From Epiperipatus broadwayi (taxonomy: Eukaryota > Animalia > Onychophora): 64,000 nucleotides of DNA. Under the pieces are notes generated by a model, which ran no database searches, was not told the DNA's origin, and saw only the letters and a list, made by a program, of their open reading frames with translations. The position numbers and the translations under genes were made by a program. This document shows, piece by piece, positions 28,581 to 42,904 of the stretch (positions are counted from its first letter, which is position 1; each line of letters begins with the position of its first letter). The stretch lies in the NCBI GenBank assembly GCA_028023455.1, contig JAQFVV010000006.1, forward strand, positions 6,448,001 through 6,512,000. The letters are read 5' to 3'.

Positions 28581-29989
28581 CTATATACTTGTATATATAT
28601 TATTCCTTCTTATTGTTGTTTTCCTTGTTTGTTTGCATAGATAATATATCCATTAATTAGTTTTTTCCCAAAATCCAGCATTCTTAAAACTAAATGTTAA
28701 TATATCATAGCCTGATGCAATATTTTTCAGCATGGGTTGTTTTTAAACAAAATTAAAAAATGGTTTACACTACTTTTTGCTCTTCATCATTTTCATTTGA
28801 CCAAGTGAAGACTTGGCAATCAAAAGTAATGCTTCATTAAGGATGTCAAGCATTAGAAATTAATTTATTGTGAGTGCTTCTGTATCTGCAAATGCATTCG
28901 GATCATTACTCTGACTTATTAAAATTTATCCTTATTACTGTTTTGATCTTATTACAATAGTGAATTTATTTTATTAAATGAAAGGAATATAAGAACATGT
29001 TTACTTAAAGTTGTGGTAAGTATTGATGAGACTTGATGAAATGCAAATGAAAATTAAGAATGGCAACGTTATGTCATATCAAATACGCACGTTCTATGTA
29101 AAAATCAAAATGGCAAGTTGTGGAAGAAATGCGTTAGAATGAGGCATAAAGTTCATACACACAAAAAAAATATTTTCTTTAAAAAATACAGTTTTACATT
29201 TTTTTTAACTATTCCTATTAAAGTAAAGCAGATTATTATTACCTTATACCCTTTTGTTTACAATAATTCTATCCTAGACTCGTGTGACTTTGTATTAGCC
29301 AATCATTTGATATGGGTTAATGCTATTTAATGGGGAAGGGGGGTGGTGCTGATAAACCTATACTTTAGTTTCCATTATTGCCTCTAGATGGCAGGCTTAA
29401 TCAAGGATAAAAACAACTTTTATTTCAGACACTTTTATATAACATGATGGAACTCTCATCACATTATGTTTATCAGGATAAAATATAATTTTTTATTTAT
29501 TTTAAAAGCTTATTTTTACATTTCAAATATATTTTCATTTATTTCAATGATATTTTTATTTATCAATATAAAATACATTGTTTTTATAATTACTATCTTT
29601 GTTTTTTAAAGAGATTAAATAATTCATGTGGTAAAACAGAGAAAATTTTCTTGATGTTAGCGAAAACTCAGACATAAGTTTTTTTTCAATTTTCAAATAT
29701 AATTTTAATATTTTCACCTCTTTTTAAGTTATTTCATATGTTAATTACCTTTAAATATATTTTAGATAGTAATTATTATATAAATTTGCTATAACTTCTG
29801 TTCCAATGAAAAACTACATACATAAATAAATAAAACATTCTTAAGTCGACTTAATTAAGTTTAATGCTTAGTATAATAAATACTTTGAACCATATTCAAA
29901 AGACCTCTTTGCTTAGGTTTTAGTATTGTTAAAATTTAAATTAGTTTGGTTATGAATAAAAACTCAAAATCTTTGCAAATTCAATTTTT

Positions 29990-30580
29990 TAAACATTATA
30001 TGTAAATATTGTAGTATCTATGCAAATGTTTCAAAAATTTATTCAGAAAAGGTGCTATCATTTAAAATTATTTATTATCTGCTTACCACGCTTTTGACAA
30101 TTTTTGTTATATTTATAGCGCTCATACTTCTCTGTTTGAATCAATGTAATATTCAAATCTAGCATGCTTTATGCAAATTTTTTCAAAGGTTCCATTTTCT
30201 GATAGTAGAATACATGGCACTTATTATTTATCATGTAGGGATCTTTCGCAAAGATCCAGGCTTCTTTAACCTTACTCTTTCTATTTTCTATTTTGGAACA
30301 TGTTCCAAAAATATTGATCTATACTCATTGCAAAAGATCCCTGCACAATAAATAAAAAAGAATCATGTGTTTCACTATCAAGAAAATAGACTATTTGAAT
30401 AAATTTGCATAAAGCGAACTAGATTTAAATATTATATTGATTCAAACAGAGAAATACAAGCACTAAGAATATGACAAGAATTGTGAAAAGCATGCTAAAT
30501 AAATAATAAATAATTTTAAATGATAGTACTTGTTCTGAATAAATGTTTGAACCATTTATATAAATATTACAATAAACATA
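29990..30580. repeat. Fold-back element without a recognisable hammerhead
   Basis: About 29990-30255 is the reverse complement of about 30320-30580 (ctctgtttgaatcaat / attgattcaaacagag). Confidence 0.8.
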
Positions 30581-32019
30581 AGAAAAGAGAAAAAATATAT
30601 TTCAAAATACTGTAATATTAAAATTATATTTATTATATACATTTTGCAAATGGAATGTTTTGTTATACATTATACTTACAGCTAACAGGTAAATTATAAT
30701 TCACAAGTATTTAAACAATGAATAATGACCATTAATTTTTTCTAATCTATAATTCTTAATAGTTTCTTAGTACTATCATTTCATGATCTCTACCTTTTGA
30801 ATTCTCCATCCTCTTAAAACATTTCATTGATTTTATTAAAAAATCCATTAAGTAAACCCCTTCTGAGAAATTACCATGTCAGGATGGTCATTGCTTCAAG
30901 TCGATCGGAAACCATCAATTTTTGAGCCACGGTAGTGTTCTTATGCTTATTTTAAAGCTTAAAATGTATTGTAAGATGCTGTCCTCTCTAGAATTATTTT
31001 ACAAGTAAAAAATCAATAATATTGATGTAAGAAGCTACAACAAAGCGAGAAGGCAGGCTTTCCTAGATGCTGATTGTTTGGTTTGCATTTTGGACAATGG
31101 AAGAGCGCCTGTCAATAATTTTCACAGCTCCAACTTCTGTTTTGACTTTGAAAATGAAAATTAATATCTTAGAATGATTTTTTTATTATTTTTTGTACAT
31201 ATTTTGATAAATTATGCTGAAAATATAGTTATTTTAGAAAAATAGTAATATTTTAGTAAAAAATTGTATACTTTTACATGAACGTAAATTGAAAACGAAG
31301 CCAGCGCTAACAATTTTGACACCTGTCAATAAGTTTCATCACCCCAAGCTCTTTTTCAAACAGAAATGAATAATTTAGAGTATTTTTCTGGCATTTATTT
31401 ACATATAATGTATTTTGGTAAAATATGCTGAAAATATAAATTATTTTAGAAAAATAGTACAAGGATAGAGATAGATTGTGTTCCACAAACTTTGATCTCT
31501 AGAGACTGCCACTAAACCACATGAGAATTTTTAAATTATTGATTATAACTATGGCCACCACTAGAAAGTGATCTTCTGCTATCGAATATTTTTATAATTA
31601 TAAATAGAAATTTATTTTTGACAAAACTTTTGTTCATTTTCATAATCTGACAAATTATTAATATACTTTTTACAAATGAAACTAGAATGAATACAACAGT
31701 ATTAAAAGATGAATATATTTTTATGGCTGAGTTTATTAATTGACCAATCAAAAGTTGTAAAACTTTAATTCACTTGGCCAATGAAAATTTTAAAAAAAGT
31801 TTTCAAGAAAAAGGTTAAGTAAATTATAAATTAAAAATAGTTAAATTATAAACATTTAAAATTTGATTTAAATATAACTTTTAAAAATTTAGTAAGTTCC
31901 ATTTGGTTACAATTATAAGGATAAGGAAGCTCTAACATTTATCGTGTTTACTACTTAAGGCCTTTCTTGACAAAAATTACAATTTAAAAACATTGAAACC
32001 ATTTCTTCATTAACCTTCC

Positions 32020-32125
32020 TGATGTGATGTGATGTACTGTAGCTTCTCCTTAAACAGTGTCAAGAATCTCAACAATTATGCCCAGAGAAACCTGTTAGCT
32101 ACTTTATTTTCCATTCCTACACCAT
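32020..32125 (-). mobile_element. Short 3' end of the same LINE family
   Basis: tgatgtgatgtgatg...gcttctcc...tatgcccagagaaacctgttag. Confidence 0.6.
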
Positions 32126-32769
32126 GATAAGTACACTGCTCCCCCTAGTGACTCTTTTTGTAATCTTTCAACTTTTGATTTTAGTATTAAACTACTATTC
32201 TACATCAGAATTCAATAAGTTGGACTTAATTTGGCAGAAATGTACATTTACAAATGAAAAAAACATTCTAAAAAATCACATTTGAACTTTGCAAATATTA
32301 AAACCAGTGAGGACATTTTCATCATTGTGATAAAAAAGAGCAAAGTGAATAAATGTTAATTTCTGATAAATCTATCGAATTCTGATGTAAAGTATTAATA
32401 ATTACTTCATAATTTTTAGAATACCCTAAAAGATCCTAATACAAGGTATGATGATTACAAAACTTACAGCTTTGTTTGTTAATATTAAGTGTGAAATTAA
32501 CAACTTCTATTTATATAAAATAAACATGTAATCATATATACTTATTACATAATTATCATGTAAAAATAATTACTAATTTTGATAAACTTTACAAATATAA
32601 TCAAGTTTTTAGTTATTCCAAAAAATCAAAATAATCTCATAAATAGTCTTGAAACAAATTACAAAGAACTAAATTCACCAATCATGTGGCAGCAGAAGTA
32701 AAATACTTTGATCTTGCCACCTATTTCATTATATTATGAAATTCATCACTTTCTTTATTTTGCTACAAT

Positions 32770-33425
32770 ATATTATATAAATGCAGTTTGTTCACTCTAC
32801 TTTAAACACTTTTTAGCAAAAACCTTTTATTGTACATATATGCATACACAATCTAACATTTCGACTATCCTGCAGTCTTCTTCAGAGTTATGATATAATG
32901 AACAAAATACAATAAAATACATAACTATATAAATAATATCATAAAAAATTTAAATAATAAAGAAACATAAAATATAACAAAACATAATACAACTGAAATA
33001 AATATAATCAAACCCTAATAAAATAATCCAGTTAAAATAAAATATACAATATAAATATAAAATAAATATAAATTATACATGTGCATTCCTGACTGTATAT
33101 ATACATACTTATGAACAACTACTAATTTAAATATTTAGATTAAACATGTATAATTTATATTTAATTTACATTTATATTGTATATTTTATTTTAACTTCAT
33201 TATTTTATTTGGGTTTGATTATATTTATTTCAGTTTTATTATGTTTTATTATATTTTATGTTTTTTTTATTGTTTAAATTTTTTATGGTATTATTTATAT
33301 AGTTATGCCATTTTACTTATTTTGTTCATTATATCATAGCTCTGAAGAAGACTGCAGAACAGTCGAAACATAATATTGGGTATGCATATATGTTCAATAA
33401 AAGATTTTTGCTAAAAAATGTTGAT
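32770..33425. repeat. Fold-back element, family C, with a hammerhead motif in each arm
   Basis: About 32780-33100 is the reverse complement of about 33140-33425. Confidence 0.8.
33336..33378 (+). ncRNA. Hammerhead-like motif, family C
   Basis: CTGAAGA-A-GACTG(cagaa)CAGTC-GAAA-c; an inverted copy lies at 32853-32890. Stem I pairing unclear. Confidence 0.55.
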
Positions 33426-34289
33426 TATGGTGACCTCTTCAGTTTTTTTTTAAATTAAAATATTAATATTCATAAGTATGCAATTTTACCATTTTAGAAA
33501 AAAAAACCCTCAATAGATAGATGGCTGTACAAATGCAATTTAAGGAACATGACTATAACAATTTCTCTGTGGCAGGAAGCCTTTCATGGCACTTTAAAAA
33601 TGGCTGAAATTGAAACTAGAACTCAAATAAAGTTTCAATTGTGAATATAAAGAAAGAGAAACATTGATTCCCTTCTTGATTGATTTAATTGTTATAGAGT
33701 CAGTTGAATGCAATTCAAACTGGGTTTGAACACTATAATGGTAGACAGAATAAGCATTTCAATTTCATTTAATCAGCGATTTTGGAGATTATTTTTATTT
33801 TGTTTAATCGAAATCGGTGCCTTTTAAGTCATCTTTAAAAACAAATTCACATTGATTTAAATCAAGACTAAATATTATTTTTTAGATTTCCTTCTTTAAA
33901 AAAAATTACTTTATGAGATATTAAATAATCATTGTTGAAACAAATGTAACGATTGGGGGGGTGGGGTGATAATTAAAATAGTTTTATTTTTATTTGTTTA
34001 TTTTTTTAATAAAATAAATTTATTACTGGCAAATTATTTATAAGTATTAACATATTCCAGTGCATATCGGTAGCTAAAAATTAAATAGAAAATATTTAAG
34101 TCGCCTTCCCAAACTGCAACGCCCTCTATAAATAAATATGAAGTCTGAACTTCAAACAGCCAACTCTTTTGGGTGAGCTGTTTGAAGTTTAGACTTCATA
34201 TTTATTCACAGATGGTGTTGCAGAAATATCGTAATGTTTAGGAGGGTGATTTATATATATAAATATTAACATATATACAAGAAAATAAA

Positions 34290-35077
34290 TATAAGGGATT
34301 TGAACTCAGACTTTTAAGCACCCACCAACTATCCACACTATCTTATACAACTGATATACATGACCACACACATGTAGAAAAGATAAATAATCACCAATAT
34401 ACATATTTCATCCTAAACCAGCACTCATCTGTTGGTCCAGATTATCATCTCCCACACACACATATATAATCAGTGCTCAGTTTATATTAAGATAGCAAAT
34501 CTTCACACTTTAATAGACAGGCTTCAATCTACTCCAACCTCCAACTTTTCAGCCATCCTTATCATTGAAAATGTGATGATGTAAGCCAAACCCCATACTG
34601 ATGCCAACCTTATTGCCATGCCCATGTTGACCTGAAGTCACTCTGACCCCTCATGTATAGGAGCTTATCAATTTAAATACATAGAAGAGGGATGGACAGG
34701 ATACAAGCTTCATATGTAAATATTTGAATATTTAAATTTTCCATCATCAGATTTTCAATGATATGGATGGCTGAAAAGTTGGAGGTTGGAGTAGATTGAA
34801 GCCTGTCCATTAAAATGTGAAGATTTGCTATCTTAATATAAACTGAGCACTGACTATATATGTGTGGGAGATGATAATCTGGACCAACTGATGAGTGCTG
34901 GTTTAGCACGAAATACGAATATTGGTGATTATTTATCTTTTGTACATGTGTGTGGTTATATATATCAGTTGTGTGAGATTGTGTGCATAGTTGGTGGGTG
35001 CTTGAAAATCTGAGTTCAAATCGTCTATACGTACAATTAAGCTCCAGTTTGTGAAGAGTGCCTGGTTTTCAAATATT
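34290..35077. mobile_element. Fold-back hammerhead element, family A (PLE-derived, non-autonomous), 14-bp TSD
   Basis: Inverted arms about 34295-34580 and 34735-35030; tacaagaaaataaa is duplicated at 34276-34289 and 35078-35091. Confidence 0.8.
34873..34932 (+). ncRNA. Minimal hammerhead ribozyme, family A, intact core
   Basis: ccaa-CTGATGA-GTGCT(ggttt)AGCAC-GAAA-tacgaa-TA/ttgg; AUA triplet, predicted cleavage after 34921. Confidence 0.8.
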
Positions 35078-35464
35078 TACAAGAAAATAAAGTAAATACA
35101 CAGCATATGAAAATTGGTGATTCGAGGCAGGTGAAGAATGTTTCAAATTAAAATAATAATATCTTAAGTAGGTGATTTACGTACTTTATATATTTTATAT
35201 GAAACTGCATCCAAGGATAAGTTTGCTTTCGATACTAATAACATTGTGAGCTAAAAGTGAAAAATATCATGCAGCCAAATTTTGCTGGAAGAATTTCTAA
35301 GTAAGCATTTGTGAGTATATATATGTATGTATTAAACAACTTTTTTTTTTTTTAAAGAATATATTTTTTGTTGTTAAAAAGATAAAAGAGCAAGCAAGCT
35401 GTATGGTCTTGAGTATGAATAATTACAGTAACATTATAAAAATAATTTAATTTACTTCTCCAAT

Positions 35465-35765
35465 AATCGTAATAGTATATACAAGCGCTTTAAAACGTTG
35501 GTTAAAGAAGCTGTTAATAGCAAACAATCAAAATAAGTTAATCCAGGCTATCTCCAGACAATGGATAAACTGATTAATTTACATATATATTTGCATATAT
35601 TACCATTTAATAATATCACAACTATTATTATTTTGGCTATGATTATGATGGATAACACCTCAAAAGCGCTTAGTCTGGATTAACTCATTTTGACTGTTTG
35701 CTATTAACAGCTTCTTCAACCAGCGTTTTAAAGTGCTTGTATATAGTATATACTAGTAACATTAT
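35465..35765. repeat. Fold-back element with a decayed hammerhead (AAGCGCTT palindrome)
   Basis: tatacaagcgctttaaaacgttggttaaagaagctgttaatagcaaac is inverted at about 35695-35745. Confidence 0.7.
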
Positions 35766-37632
35766 AAGGAATAAAGATTTTAATATTTTTTAAAGCAATT
35801 GCTAGTGAAATATAAAAGGCATAAGGATGAAAAGTATGAACAGGCTTGAACGATGTGTATCAAACATTCTGAATAATTATTGCAAAAGAAATGTGTGGAT
35901 ACAGATTTAATTTAAATCAGGTAATGAGAAAAATTTTGGTAGGAATTGCACCTGGTAAAAGTCAAACAAAAATTTCAACCATGACTAATAAACATGTGTA
36001 TTTTAGAATTCAGTTCAAATCTTGGCAAATGGAAAGGTTGACCATAGATATCTATTAGGATCTATAATTTTTTTGAAATTTCTAAATGATAAATTAACTT
36101 AAGATTTGATATTAGAATGGTCCAACAGATATGCATACCCCACAGAATGATCGGTAAAAAAGGGACAACTTTCTGATGAAAGTGAAACAGGCAATGGTAT
36201 AGGTGGTGGGAGTGGATTTTCGGATTGGACTAACTAAGCTTGCAAGGCATATTTTAGTTCTAATGTAGAAAACAAATGATTGAAGACATATTAGATTAAG
36301 ACCCCTTTACAGACAGGAAACAAACAGAATTTATAGATGTGATGGTGATTATCAGCATATGATTTTATTGCAGACATGGACTTCTCATAGAATTTTTAAA
36401 AATTGCATCTAAGAATTATATTTGCTTTAACTTTTTGTAATAGTTTATCATTTATTAGTATATACATAATTAACTTATTTGAAAGTACAGTAAACGTACA
36501 AACTGGCAGTAAAATTCAAATCTATATATGTTTATACTTTGCCGTACTCTATCTTCACTTGTTCTGTCCTGCTCTCCCTATCACACATAAACACACATAT
36601 ACATATACCCAAATTAGTCATTTTTATATTCTACATATTATAGTTAAGATAGTTTGAAAGCTTTATTGAAAATATAATTCCTCATTTATTTAGCATTAAA
36701 TGTGAGGTAATTTTTTTTGTAGGATTTAATTAAGAATTATGCAAATAATAACAGTTATGATTTTTTAAAGTAGTTAGCTATAGTGAGGTAAATAAAAATT
36801 AAATATTTTTTTTCAGATAATTAAATTTAAGCATGTTATTAAAATATTTCTCTATACCAATAATAACATCCAAATCGTGAACTGGATTAGCCAATTTATT
36901 TTTTATATTAACCAGCAATGGCTACAACATTTTTTGGTAACGTGATCACTATAGTGACGACCTAATTCTGACAATGAGAAAAGTGTTTATTTTATGATAT
37001 AATTAGGTTCCAAACCAGCTTTTAAAATGAATAAAAAAAGTAAAAATAATTTGAAAATGATTTACTTCAGACTGGAACATTTACTGCACGTTTTAAATAT
37101 TCTTTATGCAAATCAGCTTATTTGCATACATTTTTTTTTTCAATTGCAATCAGTTCGACACATTTTTTAAGAAAAATTAAAATCAGTTATTATAATAAAA
37201 TAAATTTGGCTATTTTAAATATGTACAACAAATATAATATTTGTATACAAAAGAAAAAAAATATAACCATAGTTCACAAAACATGGAAAAATAAAAATTA
37301 CTACTGTTAGAGTATAGCTGATATCAGATATTGTGAATACAAAACAAGAGGAATAAATACTTGCACTGGGCAAATAAAATGCATATAAAGTATCTTTGTA
37401 CAAAATATAGATACACATGCAAAGCTAACCTGTTCAATTCATAAAATTTTAGGATATCAATGGATATAAAAATTTAATGCAGAATCATATATTGTTTGTA
37501 GCCATTTCAGGTTTTTAAAAGGCATATTAAATTAAGAAATGCTATTTCTTAAATATTAATATATTATTTAATATTACTACAATTAAATATAATAATAAAT
37601 TTTCAATTAATAAATAGTTTGTCAATACTCAC

Positions 37633-37892
37633 ATATATGTTAGGGTGTGCTTGTTCCACTTGGCCCCTTGTAAAACAAATCGTTTGGCTCTTTCATTTTG
37701 AGTAACATCATCCGGCAAACCACATCGAGGTTTATTCATTAATGCTAAAGTTTCTTTATCTAGAATTCCTGTTGGTTTAAGTCCTCCATATTTTTGCATT
37801 GATTTAATTCCTTCTACAATCTGATCCTCTGTCTGAAGATTTCCAGTTTCAATACCACTTTGAGGTAAGTAACCAAATTTCATTAAAAAACC
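37633..37892 (-). CDS. Internal exon of a matrix metalloproteinase (M10A) gene: propeptide, cysteine switch, furin site and start of catalytic domain; resembles arthropod Mmp2-type enzymes
   Basis: Translation GFLMKFGYLPQ...MQKYGGLKPTGILDKETLALMNKPRCGLPDDVTQNERAKRFVLQGAKWNKHTLTY has the PRCGxPD switch and an RxKR furin site. Acceptor ttttttAG at 37894-37893 and donor GTGAGT from 37632 give a 260 bp exon, phase 0 to phase 2. Confidence 0.95.
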
Positions 37893-40049
37893 CTAAAAAA
37901 ACAACAATTCATTTATATAAAGAATTAGTAATAATATTTAAAAAAAAAAAATTAAAAAACTTTTATTCATATAAATGCATCAAAAATTTTTTTAAATGTA
38001 CTAAAAAGTAAAAAATAAACTTTCTTTTTGCTTTTACAATGAAAGTATTATGTGACCAAAATAAAAGTGTAGACCAAAAAATCAAACTAAATAAACTTGC
38101 AGCTAATACCCCTTTTTTATTTTAATGTCAATCTATTTATAGAAATTAGTTCCACGTTTATTTAGGTGATTCTTTAGCCTACACTTTTATTTTTATTAAT
38201 ACCAAGAATCTATAAAAGCTGAATAAAATTTATTGGTACTACTTTAGAATGTGTTCTCCACCATTTTGATTTCTAGGGAGAGCCTCAAAATTATTGTTGT
38301 CACAACAAAGTAGCAAAGAAAGTCAAATAAGATTTCACCAGTGCACTCCCAACATATATGTCAGTTATTTTTTCCAATAAGTTAAAAATTGTAATTTCCA
38401 TTAGAAAAAACATTGGTTTAAAATTTTTATTATGCTAATTTGGAGGGAGCATTTTCTAATTACTGATACTTCTGTTATTTAAGTTTAAGTTATTTGAATT
38501 ATTGTTTTTGACTATGTGATTATGCTAATTTTTTTGTCATTTTGTAATTACTAAAATTTGCCAAATATTGTTTATTTATATGCCATATTTTAAAAGTAAA
38601 ATATTTTAGTATTGTTTTTATTTTTTTTATGCTAATTTTTTTTGTTCCCTAATTACTAATATTTGTTAAGCATTCTTTTTTGATATGTGATTTTTTTTTC
38701 TTTGACCATACAATTTGCTATTATTTTTTGTCATTTCTTAATTACTAATATTATTTGATTTCAAGAGTTATTTGGACTTTTTGATCACATGATTGTATTT
38801 ATTTCTATAACCATGTGGTTTTTCTGATGAAAATTGCAATTTTTAACTGTATTGACCAAATAACTGGAACAATTGGGTTGATGACATAGAGTATAACTTG
38901 ACATCCTTTAGTACTTGGTTGTGTCTGCAGTGGTTTAGGAGCTACTCTTAAAAACCAAAATCACAAAGAGCATATTCTAAAGTAGCACTTTATTTTTTTA
39001 CTTTTTAGAGCATTTATAGTGAATAAAAGCATTTAAAAATTTTTATTTTTATTTATTTTTAAGTTTTATGCAATTTCAACTTAAAACCACTAGATGTCAG
39101 TACCGTAAAGAGTACTGAATCCCATATAACATTAAAAGCTTGAAATTTTCACTAGTTTTTGCTAAAATTATCTGCAATTTCAAAAATAATATGTTGTCCT
39201 TGGGACTGCATAGGAATGCAAAATTTCAAATAAGTTGAAAATTGGAAAGTAGGTGAAAATGGAATTACAAAATTTGACAAATAAACAGGCAAAAAACAGG
39301 GTAAGTTAAATAAAAGCATATAAAATAGTAATAAATAATTAAATAACAACAAAAATAACAGTCATTAGTACATGGAGATGTCAATGTGTTTCATTAACAT
39401 GCAAGTGAATATGAACACATCAAAAACCAAGATTCATTGCTTATTTTCTTAGATGAAGCCAAACAATTCTGTAAATAGGCCATATACCCAAAGACATTTA
39501 TAGTCAAGTTAAACACATTCCCTCACACAGATATTTCTTACTATTACCAAAATTTCTCCCAGCACTGACTTTTCTTCTATATCATTTTAATAAAGAATAC
39601 TTCATTAGTTTCAATGTTCTATTCTTTTATTTACCTTTCTTATCATAAAGACTAAATAAAATAAATCTCTCCTGTTTTTGTTACTTCTATATTTTTCCTC
39701 CTCTTTATCTAATTTATCCTAAGTCTCTTTTGACAACATACATTTCAAAAATAAATATTTGATCCCTTTCATCCCTATATAAAGCACATCTATTGTACAT
39801 ATTCTATTTCTGTTTTCCTTCTTTAGTATCGAAAGCTTCTTCCCTTGCATCAAATGGCAATAAGATTCTTTTACTATTAACACCCATCCTTTTATTCTCT
39901 ATAATTTATTGAATGCAAAATCAATACGCTGTATATTGTACAAAAGAAACAAATATAAAATGTAAGCTGATACATGTGTAAAATAAGCTGATAGACAAGC
40001 AAGAAGAATATGTTATATGCATTTAATAAATTCATTAGGACATATAGAT

Positions 40050-41080
40050 TAATACAAATAGAATAGGGATAAAATAAATGTGTGATGATAACTGTGATAT
40101 CTGGTACCATTGTCTACTGTTCAAACTAAGCAGTCCATCAATAACGGTGTGTATTAACCCAATCTGCCTGACAAATGACATCGACCATTGAATGTTCTTA
40201 ATGATATTCCATGTTTCATAAAATCTTGAGTTGGGAGTTAGCAGTTTGTCAAGATTCTTCATTTTTTGTAGTTTCCTAATGATAAAAGCCTCTTCATCGA
40301 AAACACTGGTGTTGACTATTTTTCTGCACCTTACAGTCCAAATTGCATAGTTTATAAATAATGACAATCTGATTGTGGCAATTGATCTTGTTCTTATGCT
40401 GTCATTGAGCAGTATGACTAAGTAATAGTCAAAGTTGGAAGTTCTTGGCAATTATACTGCTTGTGATCCAGAGACCAGAGCATGAGCATATTAGATGTTC
40501 AAAGATTTATTCATGCCTCTGACAGAGAGGGCAAATAGGATCAATTTTAATGATGCCTCTCTTATATGTAAGGAACCAGTTGGAACTCACTGAACTGATG
40601 TTGATTTTGAGTGCAAAATCCAGGTATTTAGGCTCCATGCTCCAGAAGCTGAAGAGAGTCATGAATTTCTTATTGTGAATCCCCAATTTAGGATATATGA
40701 CTGGATGTATTAGTCTGTAGGCTTCCCATATTTTGATTTGATTATCAAATGTGTCATGGGTGATGACCATATATTTTTTAATCAGCTCAATTGCCAAGTC
40801 TACAAAGTTCTTAGTTCTAGGTGGCAGTTTATCAGTAGGAAAGACTGGCTCCAGAATCTGCTTGTATCCAAAGGTTTTGATTATTATTGAGATAAAGTTT
40901 TCTGTACTGCAATAACCTGGAGAGACATCTTTGTAACAAGCAATGGTTGTTAAATATGTCACACTGAAAATATATAATATATATAAAATAATAGTCTTTA
41001 AGTATACACAATATAAGAATCCTTGACAAGTTTCTGGAGCCATTTTAATATATTTGCAAATAGCACCCTCTTGTGTCAAT
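40050..41080 (-). mobile_element. Non-LTR retrotransposon C-terminal fragment with zf-RVT-like zinc finger (L1/Tx1-like)
   Basis: ...YLDFALKINISSVSSNWFLTYKRGIIKIDPICPLCQRHE...HAL followed by INYAIWTVRCR; frameshifted. Confidence 0.6.
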
Positions 41081-41599
41081 GCAGTCTAACTAATCAGACA
41101 AAAAATGACACCACTTTCATTATATTTTATATAGGTAAAAGATCATGAAGATTAGATGAAAGTGCATTTTTATATGATTAATAGACTGCATTATCACAAG
41201 AGGGAGCTATTTGTAAATTCATTAATAGGTCTTTAGAAAGTTTAACTTGTAAAGGATTCTTATATAAATATAGTTGAAGACTATTATTTCTTAACTAATA
41301 TTATCATTGTATATCATATAGATATACATTATTTTTATATAATATCAAAATATTTTTATCTATATTCATTTTCTATAATTAGCTTTTTTTTTTCTTAACC
41401 AACTTATCTATCCTATTTCCTAAATATTTACTTTACTAAAACATCACATGACCACAAGATTCCTATGTTTACACAAATTGTTAAAACAGTAGCAAATGCT
41501 CCATAAAAGTGTGCCACCTAGTGCAAGCCTTAGTAATCAATGGTTGTTAAGAGTCTATCAAATATATGAGAGGAAGCTTATTCTAAAGCCACTTCTACA

Positions 41600-42700
41600 T
41601 TTGTGCAAAATTATGATTCCAATATTGAGGTTTTAAACAAAATATGGAATCATGAACCTGAGAGTTAACACCAAAAGAGAGGCAACAAACATCGAGGATA
41701 AAATGAAAGAATTTGAATTCATGTTTATGCTAATTCTATGGGATGGTATTTTGAAGCAATTTCATCGAATTTATAAAGCTATTCAAAATACCCAAAGTTC
41801 CTTAAGTACATGGGCAAAATTATTTTTATCTTTGTCTGATTATCTCAATAAAATAAGAGACTAATTTCTTGATGTCAAGATAAGAATGAAAAAGCAAAAT
41901 GACCAAATGATGAAAATCATTCCAATGCACTGAATCATGATCTCCATGAGACACTTTTAAAATGAAATCATTTGCTCCAGTGATTAACAAACTTCAAACA
42001 AATTTGCAACAAAGGACAAAAGTATAAGATGAATATTTTGAGAAAATTCTAATTTGTTTGGAATCTTAGTCAAACAAATGAAGATTTGAAGAAAAAAAAG
42101 TAGCATTTTCCATCCAGTTTTATCCTGAAGATTTTGAACAAAATTTGTATGAAGAAATGGTTTTATTTCATCTTTACCTAAAAGATAATTACTCAGAAAA
42201 ACAAGACATCATTTCAAGATAAAAACAATGAGGATTGCCAATTCCTCTACAAGCTTTATGATAAATGCTTAGCCAGAGCTAGCACTTAAAATATCTCTGT
42301 CAAGAACCCCTCCCCAAACAGAGATATTTTAAGTGCTGGCTCTGGCTAAGCGTTTATCATAAAGCTTGTAGAGGAATTGGAAATCCTCACTGTTTATAAC
42401 TTACAAGCTTAAGAGATAGGGTCATGTGATCTATGACTCTTATTTTGATCATTTCAAGATGCTTATAATATATAGTGCAAGATATAGTACAATCTATTTC
42501 CTAATGTTGAAATACCTTTACAACCTTTTTTGACTTTAATGATTACAAAATTATTCAGGTGAATGATCTTTCAGCCATTTAAAATGAACATTGAACAACT
42601 ACGACTTAAAAACAGCTCAATTTTTTTCCAATCCTGTTCAGTAAAATGATAAACTTCGCGGTATGTCCTTTGACAATACTTTCTAACTTTGTATCTGGAA
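41600..42700 (+). mobile_element. Degenerate hAT transposase
   Basis: KREATNIEDKMKEFEFMFMLILWDGIL...LSDYLNKIRD, then YPEDFEQNLYEE, then FPNVEI.L..FLTLMIT..SGE.SFS.LK (hAT C-terminal dimerization motif), broken by stops and frameshifts. Confidence 0.75.
42221..42447. mobile_element. Fold-back insertion with a family B-like tail and 13-bp TSD, inside a hAT remnant
   Basis: About 70-bp inverted arms at 42230-42300 and 42318-42388; tail acaagctt...ggtcatgtgat; atcatttcaagat occurs at 42208-42220 and 42448-42460. Confidence 0.8.
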
Positions 42701-42904
42701 AAATGCATAGAAGACATTTTGAGATTTGCTTCATTTTCTGCCAATATCAATGTTTATGCTAAATATATTTCCATGTTTTTATTTTATATTTCATTTAATT
42801 TATATTATACTTATCTTAAAGTTAAATAATTTAACAAGACTTTGCTATGTATTAATAACCTGTGATAATAGACATATGTGTCTTTTTTATTAATCAATCA
42901 ATAG

